DNA of 37,851 nucleotides from a virus (Duplodnaviria > Caudoviricetes), in the IMG/VR virus record IMGVR_UViG_3300016263_000427, positions 1 to 37,851 of that record, one strand, 5' to 3'. How positions within the stretch are numbered: the stretch's first letter is position 1; the number at the start of each line of letters is the position of its first letter. Below the pieces are notes generated by a model. That model saw nothing but the letters and a program-made list of their open reading frames with translations, was not told where the DNA came from and made no database searches. This document shows positions 26,873-35,167 of this stretch, piece by piece. The position numbers and the translations under genes were made by a program.

Positions 26873-27592
26873 ATGAATCATAAGCCGCAAATTGTATTTC
26901 ACGGTAACGAAGGTTTTCACAATACCGTAACAAACGAAGAGAACCTAAAAAAGAACGCCTACAAAGACTTATCAACAGTCTGTATTGTGCCTACAAGAGG
27001 ACAGGTGCCTGCAAAAGTAGTGCAATCCTGGATGGGACTGATGTCTCCTATGAATCAGAGGTTCATGAGAATCTTTGCTATAGGCATGGAAGTCGGCGCA
27101 GCCTACTCAAACACGATAGAGAATATAATAGAGCACCCAGAGTTATCAAAGTACAAGTACATTCTAACTCTAGAAGAAGACAACTGCCCACCTCCAGACG
27201 GCCTACTCAAGCTTTACGAAAACATGGACAAGTACGATGTCATCGGAGGTCTATATTGGACAAAAGGTGTAGAGGGAAAGCCGATGTGCTATGGAAATCC
27301 TGAGGTGTTCCCTGTTAATTTTGTGCCCTTCATGCCGCAGCCTGACACTGTTACTAGATGTAACGGTCTTGGCATGGGATTCACGCTATTTAAGATGGAG
27401 ATCTTTAAGAACAAGAAGTTAGAGAAGCCCTACTTTCAAACAGTGCAAAAGTACACGCCTGGTTTAGGCACAGAGGGATACACCCAGGATCTTAAGTTCT
27501 TTGAAAAGGCAGGTAAGCTTGGCTACAAGTTTGCTTGCGATTCTAGGGTTAAAGTCGGTCATTACGATTTAGAAAACGATCAAATGTGGTAA
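26873..27592 (+). CDS. Putative glycosyltransferase (GT-A fold, GT2-like)
   Basis: VCIVPTRG first strand, ILTLEEDN at the DxD position, YDVIGGLY, GLGMGFTLFK and TQDLKFFEKAGKLGYKFACDSRVKVGH. ATG 26873 preferred over TTG 26861. Confidence 0.75.
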   Translation: MNHKPQIVFHGNEGFHNTVTNEENLKKNAYKDLSTVCIVPTRGQVPAKVVQSWMGLMSPMNQRFMRIFAIGMEVGAAYSNTIENIIEHPELSKYKYILTLEEDNCPPPDGLLKLYENMDKYDVIGGLYWTKGVEGKPMCYGNPEVFPVNFVPFMPQPDTVTRCNGLGMGFTLFKMEIFKNKKLEKPYFQTVQKYTPGLGTEGYTQDLKFFEKAGKLGYKFACDSRVKVGHYDLENDQMW

Positions 27593-27593
27593 T

Positions 27594-28202
27594 ATGAAAA
27601 AGTCTACGAAAAAACAAACAAAACAAACAAAAGAAAAGAAGCAGCAAGTAGTTGCTGTAGATCTTGGCTGCGGTCAAATAAAGGCTACAAAAGAGTTCTT
27701 CTCAGAGAACATGAAAATTGAGCCTGATAAGATCATCGGTGTAGACATCGCTAAATGCGATGGAGTCGATATCATTCATGACCTGACTAAATTCCCCTAT
27801 CCATTTAAGGATGAGTCTGTAGATGCAATCTACTCTTCTCATTTTGTAGAACACCTAGACGGTATCGAGAGGATCAAATTCTTCAACGAATGCTACAGAA
27901 TACTGAAGCCAGGAGGCAAGATGAGACTGACGCACCCCTATTATAAATCCGTTAGAGCCGTCCAGGACCCTACTCATAAGTGGCCTCCAATCTCAGAGAA
28001 TAGCTACTTTTATTGGGACAAGAAGTGGAGAGAAATGAATAAACTTGACCACTATCCTATAAATTGCGACTTTGAATTTAACATTTACTACGTCTGGCAG
28101 GACCCTACTGTGGCTAACAAAAGTGAGGAAACCAGGATGTTTAACATAGATAAGTACTGGAACGTTGTAGCAGACATGATGGTGGATTTAAAGAAAAGAT
28201 AG
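27594..28202 (+). CDS. Class I SAM-dependent methyltransferase (Methyltransf_11-like)
   Basis: Motif I VDLGCG, DESVDAIYSSHFVEHL, ECYRILKPGG and QDPTH. Confidence 0.88.
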   Translation: MKKSTKKQTKQTKEKKQQVVAVDLGCGQIKATKEFFSENMKIEPDKIIGVDIAKCDGVDIIHDLTKFPYPFKDESVDAIYSSHFVEHLDGIERIKFFNECYRILKPGGKMRLTHPYYKSVRAVQDPTHKWPPISENSYFYWDKKWREMNKLDHYPINCDFEFNIYYVWQDPTVANKSEETRMFNIDKYWNVVADMMVDLKKR

Positions 28203-28249
28203 ACTATTTTTAAAATTTAGTATAGTCACTTCAATTTAGTGAATAGTCA

Positions 28250-28258
28250 TATATTTAT
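28250..28258 (+). promoter_or_regulatory. Putative late promoter motif TATATTTAT
   Basis: ATATTTAT core upstream of ATG 28276. Confidence 0.6.
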
Positions 28259-28275
28259 AAATAAATAGCACAACT

Positions 28276-28632
28276 ATGTCTACAATTGTAATGGTATTAA
28301 TTTGTGTTGCCGTAGTAACAATTATAGGATTAAGAGTCTACTTTGAACATAAAGAAGAGACTGATAAAGAAGACGCTACTAAAGAAGACGTTTTTGCAGA
28401 TCTACAGGCTTTTGTTATTAACCCCAAGGAATCCACAGCTACACCAGTTGCAATTGAAGAGAAACCTGAAAATCAGCCTGTATCAGACACTCCTAATCCA
28501 GCTATTATAGAAGTGGAACCAATTAACTCTGCAGCAGCTAAAGCGGAATTAAAACCTAAAAAGAAGAAAAGGTATTATGGTAAGAAAAAGCCCGCTATAA
28601 AGAAGGCAGTAAAAAAGCAAAATAAAAAATAA
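28276..28632 (+). CDS. Hypothetical membrane-anchored protein
   Basis: N-terminal hydrophobic helix IVMVLICVAVVTIIGL, acidic and Pro-rich middle, very basic C-terminus. Confidence 0.7.
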   Translation: MSTIVMVLICVAVVTIIGLRVYFEHKEETDKEDATKEDVFADLQAFVINPKESTATPVAIEEKPENQPVSDTPNPAIIEVEPINSAAAKAELKPKKKKRYYGKKKPAIKKAVKKQNKK

Positions 28633-28637
28633 TCTAT

Positions 28638-28871
28638 ATGGGAAGAGTTACAGATGAAGAATTAAAAGCAATCTCAGAAATCAGACAAGAAATCTCTCAG
28701 ATTGTATACACTCTAGGAGAACTGGAGTATCAACAAGTGATTTTAGAGGCATCAAAAGAAGACATTAAAAACAAGATTAAAGAATCTAGAATTAAAGAAG
28801 CTAGACTTTTTAATGATCTGAGGACAAAATACGGTAGTGCCACCATAAATATTGAGACTGGAGAATTTTAG
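28638..28871 (+). CDS. Small coiled-coil protein
   Basis: 77 aa with heptad pattern, ending KYGSATINIETGEF. Confidence 0.7.
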   Translation: MGRVTDEELKAISEIRQEISQIVYTLGELEYQQVILEASKEDIKNKIKESRIKEARLFNDLRTKYGSATINIETGEF

Positions 28872-28900
28872 AAGAATTAAAGTGTTTCGAAAAAAATAGT

Positions 28901-28909
28901 GATATTTAT
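28901..28909 (+). promoter_or_regulatory. Putative late promoter motif GATATTTAT
   Basis: Exact motif upstream of the sheath ATG 28931. Confidence 0.7.
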
Positions 28910-28930
28910 TACTAGTTAAAATTTACATAA

Positions 28931-30679
28931 ATGGCCGAAACACTTCTTAGCCCGGGAGTTTTCTTGAACGAAAACGACCTCTCACAAATAACCCAAGGAC
29001 CAGTAACAGTAGGTGCCGCTTTGATCGGCCCGACAGTGATAGGACCGGTTAACATCCCCACAGTAGTAACATCTTATTCCCAGTATAAAGCGCTCTTTGG
29101 AGCTGCTTTTATTTCTGGAGGTGCTAACTACGAGTACTTGACTTCAATTGCTGCTCTCAATTACTTTGAGCAAGGTGGTGATTCACTTCTCGTTACTCGT
29201 GTAGCCTCAGGATCATATACTGCTGCTACGGCTTCTATAGTTGGTATTAATAACAATCCAGCTTTTGAACTCACTACACTTTCTGTAGGAGAGATCATGA
29301 ATAACCTTGGAGGGACAGTTACTAATGGTGCTCTGCCTTCAGGTTCAGAAGCCAATGTTCGTTGGGAAGTCACAGGTGTTGACACCGGTTCAGGTGTATT
29401 CAGCCTTGTAATTCGTCGTGGCGATGACTACAATAATAGCAAGACTATTCTTGAGACTTGGAATAACTTGTCACTTGATCCTAACCAGAACAATTACATT
29501 GCTTATGTGATTGGAGATCAAACAGAAAATGCAGTAGTAGATTCAACAGGAGACTACTACTTACAAACCACTGGTTCTTATAAAAATAACTCTAAATATG
29601 TACGTGTTTCCGCAGTAAATCAACCTACACCAGGATATTTTGATCAAACAGGAATACCAAGAAATATCTATACTGGTTCATTACCTCAATTAGGATCTGG
29701 ATCTTATAATGGCACATTTAGCACAGCTACTGGAACAATATTTGGTGGATTTGGTGTAGCGCCTCTGAAAATGTTTGAAGCAATTCCAACAGTCGCAGCT
29801 ACACCTACTCAAAATATACAAGGTTTAGTAGCTAGCAATTATTCAATAGCCCTAAGTCTGCTTGAAAATTCAGATGCGTATAACTTTAATGTTATCTATG
29901 CACCTGGTTTAAATAATCAAAATGCCCCTTCTACAGTATCTAGTATTGTGCTTCTTGCACAAGGACGCGGTGATAGTATAGCCGTGGTTGATATGGTTGG
30001 ATATGGCGCTCAAATTAACACTGTAATTAGCCAAGCAGTGGGATACGACAACTCTTATGCCGCAACTTACTGGCCTTGGATTCAAGTTCGTAGTCGTGAG
30101 ACAGGCAAAATTAACTTCGTACCTGCATCCACAATAGTGCCTGCTGTGTATGAGTACAACGACAGAGTATCTGCTGAGTGGTTCGCACCAGCTGGTTTGA
30201 ACAGAGGTGCACTTTCTACAGTACTTCAGCCTGAGCGTAAGCTTACTGTTAATGACAGGAACTTGCTCTATCAAGGTAAAGTTAACCCAATCGCTATCTT
30301 CCCTGGTGTTGGTACTGTGATCTATGGTCAGAAAACTCTTCAACAGAAGCCTTCTGCACTTGACAGAGTTAACGTACGCAGACTGTTGATAGCTCTGAAG
30401 TCTTACATCGGTCAACTCGGTGAGCAGATCGTATTCGAGCCTAACACTCAAGTTACTCGCAATAAGTTCCTCAATCAGGTTAATCCTTATCTGGAGTCTG
30501 TACAACAGCGTCAAGGCTTGTACTCCTTCCAGGTTATCATGGATGAGACTAACAACACACCTGATGTGGTGGATCGTAACCAGTTGGTTGGTACAATTTA
30601 CTTGCAGCCTACAAAGACTGCTGAATTTATCCAACTTGACTTCAACATCCTGCCTACAGGTACTACATTCGGACAATAA
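28931..30679 (+). CDS. Contractile tail sheath protein (T4 gp18-like)
   Basis: LLSPGV..NE.D, YAATYWPW, WFAPAGLNRG, YGQKTLQ..SALDRVNVRRLL, FEPN, DETNNTPDVVDRNQL and PTKTAEFI. Confidence 0.96.
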   Translation: MAETLLSPGVFLNENDLSQITQGPVTVGAALIGPTVIGPVNIPTVVTSYSQYKALFGAAFISGGANYEYLTSIAALNYFEQGGDSLLVTRVASGSYTAATASIVGINNNPAFELTTLSVGEIMNNLGGTVTNGALPSGSEANVRWEVTGVDTGSGVFSLVIRRGDDYNNSKTILETWNNLSLDPNQNNYIAYVIGDQTENAVVDSTGDYYLQTTGSYKNNSKYVRVSAVNQPTPGYFDQTGIPRNIYTGSLPQLGSGSYNGTFSTATGTIFGGFGVAPLKMFEAIPTVAATPTQNIQGLVASNYSIALSLLENSDAYNFNVIYAPGLNNQNAPSTVSSIVLLAQGRGDSIAVVDMVGYGAQINTVISQAVGYDNSYAATYWPWIQVRSRETGKINFVPASTIVPAVYEYNDRVSAEWFAPAGLNRGALSTVLQPERKLTVNDRNLLYQGKVNPIAIFPGVGTVIYGQKTLQQKPSALDRVNVRRLLIALKSYIGQLGEQIVFEPNTQVTRNKFLNQVNPYLESVQQRQGLYSFQVIMDETNNTPDVVDRNQLVGTIYLQPTKTAEFIQLDFNILPTGTTFGQ

Positions 30680-30691
30680 TAGAGAAAAAAC

Positions 30692-31294
30692 ATGGAAATG
30701 AACGACAATACAATTCTTAGAATTAAAGTGCCAGCCCACCTCTACGAGGCAGTTAAAGCACAATTGACTCTTAAAGAGGCAAAACAGAACTTCGGTACAA
30801 AAGACATGAAGCCTGTTAAAGCCGCAAAAGCAGCTGGTGCAGCTTCGGATAAGCCTAAGGCCGCTAAGCCTGCAGCTCCTAAGAAAGATATGGCTCCTAA
30901 AGAAGAGGCTAAAGTGCCTAAAGACGGTCACAAGAAGCTTGGACTCGAAGAGTTGAAAGCTATTGTTGAGTTGCTCAATGGACAAATCGCCCAGTTAGAG
31001 GAGAAGAAAGCTCCAGTAGAGGAAGAGAAGGAGAAGATGGAAGAGGTTAAAGACAAAGTAGAAGAGAAGAAAGAGGACATGGAAGAGTCAAAGTGGGGAG
31101 GCGAACACATGGATGAGCCGGACTATGACGAACCGCGCCAGCGCTTTGTTAGATATCAGCCTAAAAAGACTTTTAGACCTAAGTATGTTCCTAAAGGACA
31201 AGCAACAATGACCTCAGGAGATGTTGGTAAAAGCTCTATGAGTAAGTTCGATCCTACGATGGATCCAGAAGATCCTCGCGGTGGTTTTCGCTAA
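30692..31294 (+). CDS. Hypothetical Lys/Glu-rich low-complexity protein between sheath and tube
   Basis: 200 aa with an A/K/P-rich tract and repeated LKE/VEE/MEE motifs. Confidence 0.7.
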   Translation: MEMNDNTILRIKVPAHLYEAVKAQLTLKEAKQNFGTKDMKPVKAAKAAGAASDKPKAAKPAAPKKDMAPKEEAKVPKDGHKKLGLEELKAIVELLNGQIAQLEEKKAPVEEEKEKMEEVKDKVEEKKEDMEESKWGGEHMDEPDYDEPRQRFVRYQPKKTFRPKYVPKGQATMTSGDVGKSSMSKFDPTMDPEDPRGGFR

Positions 31295-31307
31295 AATTTA
31301 GTTGTCG

Positions 31308-31316
31308 CATATTTAT
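31308..31316 (+). promoter_or_regulatory. Putative late promoter motif CATATTTAT
   Basis: ATATTTAT core upstream of the tube ATG 31341. Confidence 0.65.
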
Positions 31317-31340
31317 AACTAGAATTTAAACAGATAGAAA

Positions 31341-31826
31341 ATGCCAGTACTGGATCCCAATGAAATAATGTTCACAGCGTTCGAACCCACAGTATCGAAC
31401 CGATTTATCATGTACATAGATGGTATTCCTTCTTACATGATCAAAAAGGCGGATGCACCTGGTGTTACTCTGAACGAGATCAAATTAGATCATATCAATG
31501 TGTACCGTAAGATCAAGGGTAAGGCAGAGTGGAGAGATATGTCTCTTTCACTTTACAATCCTATTTCTCCTTCTGGCCAACAGGCTGTGATGGAGTGGAT
31601 ACGCCTTTCACACGAATCTGTAACAGGCCGTGATGGTTACTCTGACTTTTACAAGAAAGATTTGAATCTTTCTATCCTTGGACCTGTTGGTGATGTAGTA
31701 TCTGAGTGGATTATCAAAGGTGCTTTTGTTAAAGAATCTACTTTTGGTACCTACGACTGGTCTACTTCTGATCCTACCGAACTTACTGTTAACATCGGTA
31801 TGGATTATTGTGTCCTGAACTATTAA
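31341..31826 (+). CDS. Tail tube protein (T4 gp19-like)
   Basis: FEP..SNRF, KGKAEW, QAVMEW, YKKDL.L..LGPVGDVVSEW.IKGAF. 161 aa, downstream of the sheath. Confidence 0.9.
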   Translation: MPVLDPNEIMFTAFEPTVSNRFIMYIDGIPSYMIKKADAPGVTLNEIKLDHINVYRKIKGKAEWRDMSLSLYNPISPSGQQAVMEWIRLSHESVTGRDGYSDFYKKDLNLSILGPVGDVVSEWIIKGAFVKESTFGTYDWSTSDPTELTVNIGMDYCVLNY

Positions 31827-31842
31827 TTTCTAACAATATTAC

Positions 31843-31873
31843 AAAAAAGAGCCTCTTTTATAGAGGCTTTTTT
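31843..31873 (+). terminator. Rho-independent terminator after the tail tube gene
   Basis: AAAAAAG-AGCCTCT-tttat-AGAGGCT-TTTTT. Confidence 0.85.
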
Positions 31874-31897
31874 ATTTTATATAAAATGCAAATAGCA

Positions 31898-31906
31898 TAT
31901 ATTTAT
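31898..31906 (+). promoter_or_regulatory. Putative late promoter motif TATATTTAT
   Basis: ATATTTAT core after the terminator and upstream of ATG 31923. Confidence 0.65.
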
Positions 31907-31922
31907 AAATAAAACAACGTTT

Positions 31923-32684
31923 ATGGCAGATCAAAAGTTTACGGTTCCTACAGAAATGATAGACCTACCTTCAAAAGGTCTAGTTTACGCAAAAGACAAC
32001 TCTCTATCATCAGGTCAAGTAGAAATGAAGTACATGACCGCTAAAGAGGAGGACATTCTTACGAATGTTAACCTGCTTCGTCAGGGTTTAGCTATTGAAA
32101 AGATGCTCATATCCCTAATTAAATCTCCTATTAACTATGAGGATCTCACCTTAGGTGATAGAAATGGTTTACTGATTGCAGCTAGAATATTAGCATATGG
32201 TAAAGACTACACATTCTCATATAAAAATTCTAACACAGGAGAAGATGAGAAGGTCACTGTAGATTTACAAAGTCTAAAATATAAAAACTTAGATTGGTCT
32301 CTTTTTGCTAATAGAAATGAATTTGAATTTGTGCTTCCTCATTCTAAAAACTCTGTTACATTTAAACTTCTAACGGTAGCAGACGATAAGAAAATAGAAG
32401 AAGAAATCAAAGGACTAAAGAAAAATCTAAATCAAGAAGCAGGCTCGCTTTCAACAAGACTCAAACACCAGATCACTTCAGTTAATGGTGAGTACTCAGT
32501 TAAAACAGTTAGAGAATTCATTGATCAGGGCTATCTACTTTCTAGAGATTCTATAGAGCTTAGAAAATACATAGAAAAGATCACTCCTGACATTGATACA
32601 ACTATTAACTTTACTCTAAAAGACAACACGGAGGTGTCTACCGATCTGCCTATGACGGCAGACTTCTTTTTTCCCGGGAGCTGA
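31923..32684 (+). CDS. Baseplate hub / tail assembly chaperone (T4 gp26-like)
   Basis: IDLPSKG, MKYMTAKEEDIL, DRNGLLIAARILAYG and C-terminal DFFFP. Lies between tube and tape measure. Confidence 0.7.
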   Translation: MADQKFTVPTEMIDLPSKGLVYAKDNSLSSGQVEMKYMTAKEEDILTNVNLLRQGLAIEKMLISLIKSPINYEDLTLGDRNGLLIAARILAYGKDYTFSYKNSNTGEDEKVTVDLQSLKYKNLDWSLFANRNEFEFVLPHSKNSVTFKLLTVADDKKIEEEIKGLKKNLNQEAGSLSTRLKHQITSVNGEYSVKTVREFIDQGYLLSRDSIELRKYIEKITPDIDTTINFTLKDNTEVSTDLPMTADFFFPGS

Positions 32685-32700
32685 TTATAGATCCATCTTC

Positions 32701-32958
32701 ATGACAGAGGTATTTGAGCTCACCTACCATGGTGGGGGTGGCTTTACTTACTCTGAAGTTTGGAACATGGATGTGCCTAAAAGGAGGTTCAATCTAAGAA
32801 AGATCAATGAACATCTTAAAAAGATTGAAGAAATGCGCGACCAGCAACAAAAAAAGGTAACGGAGACCACAGACCCTAAATCAATAAAACTGCCAGATTT
32901 TGTTAAAAATAGGCAAGAAAAGCCTACATTTGTTTCTAAAGTAAAATCCAAGAAGTAA
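32701..32958 (+). CDS. Small tail/baseplate assembly protein (T4 gp51-like), possibly expressed as a frameshift fusion with the upstream gene
   Basis: EVFELTYHGGGGFTYSEVWNMDVPKRRF. The frame is open from 32656 and overlaps the end of the upstream ORF. Confidence 0.65.
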   Translation: MTEVFELTYHGGGGFTYSEVWNMDVPKRRFNLRKINEHLKKIEEMRDQQQKKVTETTDPKSIKLPDFVKNRQEKPTFVSKVKSKK

Positions 32959-32966
32959 ATATTTAT
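32958..32966 (+). promoter_or_regulatory. Putative late promoter motif AATATTTAT
   Basis: ATATTTAT core upstream of ATG 32987. Confidence 0.6.
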
Positions 32967-32986
32967 CTGTAGGATAATACTGACAA

Positions 32987-35146
32987 ATGGCAGGAGAAAA
33001 CAAAGAACAACAGAATATACAGGAAACAGCCGCAGCATTAAAAGCTGGACAAGCTCAAGCTGCTTCGACTGCTGCTAATGTTCAAGAAGCTAATAAGGCT
33101 TTTAAAGAGTCTTTTAATTTGTTAAATAAAATGAACAAGTTATTAGATGATTCTGTTGCCAAAACCCAGTCTTTTGAAAAGAGCACAATAAATGTAAAAA
33201 AACTCCAACAAGAACAGGAAAGGATTCAGCGAAAGTCTAAAAGCTTAATGGCGGAAATAAATAGAGCTTCTCAAGCTGATCTTACTGCTGCTGGAAATTA
33301 TTTAGGAAAAATAAAAGATAGAAAAAAACTAGAAGATGAGTTAGCTGCTTCTAGCGGATTAACTAAATTGCACTTACAAGCTCAATTAACTACTTTAGAT
33401 GGCATTATTAAAGCGCAAGAAGCTAGTATGGCTAATCAAGTAGAGCAATTAGCTTTAGTTGCTAAAATGCAGTCTTATCAAGGCTTAGAAGAGAGGATTG
33501 CGGGTTTACAAGATGAAATAGAACTAGAAAAAGATTTAGCTAATCAAGTAGGCATAACAGGAAAATTACTAGCATTCTCAACTAAGTATCTTGGTGTAGG
33601 TAAAAATCTACAAACTAAAATAGTTGAAGAAACTAGAAAAGGTACTAGCACAACTAAAATATGGATAGATACATTAGGATTAACTAGTCTTACAGTATTT
33701 GGTATACTTAAAGGTTTAAAATCTGCATTTGACTATATTGTAGGTATTCAAGATCAAACTGTTAAATTTGCTAGAGCATTAAATATATCCACAGCTGATG
33801 CTCGTAGGATTAAAATGGAGTACGCTAGCTTTAGTATTTCATCAGGCGATGTTCTGATAAATACGCAGAAGTTAGTTGAGGCTCAAATGGAGTTGACAGG
33901 TATCTTAGGCATTACAAATACTTTAAGTGCTCAGAATCTTGCAACTGTTTCAAAATTAAAAGACATTGCTGGTTTAGAAGCAGATACTAGAGCTGGTTTG
34001 GTAACCACGTCACTGATAACAGGAAAGAGCGTAGAACAAACAACTAAATCTGTTTTAGCTCAAGTAGTAGCATTAAAGAACGCAACAGGTATTGGCTTTC
34101 AATATCAAAAGATTTTAAGAGAGGCAGCTAGTCAAGGTGGATACTTAGGTTTGCAGTTTGCAAAATATCCAGAGAAGCTGACTAAATCTCTGTTAACAAC
34201 AAAAGCTCTAGGATTAGAATTAAAGCAATTAGATTCAATGGCTGATTCTTTCCTTGATTTTGAGTCATCAATATCAAAAGAGTTTGAAGCTCAACTATTG
34301 ACTGGTAAGAATATAAATCTCATGCGTGCTAGAGAGTTATTCTTGAATAATGATTTAGCTGGTGCTGCAGCAGAGATAACAAAACAAGTAGGAACATCTG
34401 AGCAATTCTTAAATCTTAATAGAATAGCAGCTGACTCTTTAGCTAGTTCTTTTGGTATGTCTAGAGATCAATTAGCGGACATATTAAAACAACAAGAAAT
34501 GTTGGCAGCTTTTGGTGCTAAAAACACAAAAGAATTGTATGCTCAAGTAGAAGCTTATAGAAAACAAGGTAGAGAAAAAGAAGCGATTGCCAAATTAGGA
34601 AGTGAAGAGGCTTATCAATCTTTGATTAATGCCTCTGCACAAGAACGTATTGCAGGATTCATAGATAAGATAAAACAGTCTATTGCTGACTTTGTAGAAG
34701 GGACAGGTATTATAGACAAAGTTGAAGGTATGATAGAATGGCTTTCCAATCCTCAGAACATTAGAACTGTTCTTATACAAGTAAGAGATGTATTTGCGGA
34801 TATAGTATACGTAGTATCAAAATTAGCTTCAGGAATTATTGGGGCTTTAGATTTATTTAATTTAATATCAGGTCCAGAAGCAGCAAATGCCAAAGCTTTC
34901 TTATCAGGAGCATCAGATAGAGTCAGATCTTTAGGCGGTGATTTTGGAGCTGTATCTCTATCAGATAACGTTTCAAAAAACCAAATGGGTAATCTAATGT
35001 ATCAACAAGCACCAGCTCCTGTTAATAACAGTATGGCTGCTAAACCTATTAATTTAAGTGTAACTACTTATGTTAAGGACACTAAGAAAGATGCTACTGT
35101 ACGTTATGACAATTCACCAGATTATGATGTTAATACTGGATTATAA
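32987..35146 (+). CDS. Tape measure protein
   Basis: 719 aa, Ala/Leu/Gln-rich and helical, with FESSISKEFEAQLLTGKNINL.RAR. Follows tube and chaperones. Confidence 0.8.
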   Translation: MAGENKEQQNIQETAAALKAGQAQAASTAANVQEANKAFKESFNLLNKMNKLLDDSVAKTQSFEKSTINVKKLQQEQERIQRKSKSLMAEINRASQADLTAAGNYLGKIKDRKKLEDELAASSGLTKLHLQAQLTTLDGIIKAQEASMANQVEQLALVAKMQSYQGLEERIAGLQDEIELEKDLANQVGITGKLLAFSTKYLGVGKNLQTKIVEETRKGTSTTKIWIDTLGLTSLTVFGILKGLKSAFDYIVGIQDQTVKFARALNISTADARRIKMEYASFSISSGDVLINTQKLVEAQMELTGILGITNTLSAQNLATVSKLKDIAGLEADTRAGLVTTSLITGKSVEQTTKSVLAQVVALKNATGIGFQYQKILREAASQGGYLGLQFAKYPEKLTKSLLTTKALGLELKQLDSMADSFLDFESSISKEFEAQLLTGKNINLMRARELFLNNDLAGAAAEITKQVGTSEQFLNLNRIAADSLASSFGMSRDQLADILKQQEMLAAFGAKNTKELYAQVEAYRKQGREKEAIAKLGSEEAYQSLINASAQERIAGFIDKIKQSIADFVEGTGIIDKVEGMIEWLSNPQNIRTVLIQVRDVFADIVYVVSKLASGIIGALDLFNLISGPEAANAKAFLSGASDRVRSLGGDFGAVSLSDNVSKNQMGNLMYQQAPAPVNNSMAAKPINLSVTTYVKDTKKDATVRYDNSPDYDVNTGL

Positions 35147-35167
35147 TTTAATAACCTCAGAAAACTA

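Noticed and set aside
28202-28248. Weak inverted repeats after the methyltransferase gene
   Set aside because: Stems are short and AT-rich with no U tract, so not a convincing terminator.
29909-30985. 358-aa minus-strand ORF
   Set aside because: Antisense shadow of the sheath and the next gene, with no recognisable motifs. All credible genes here are on the + strand.
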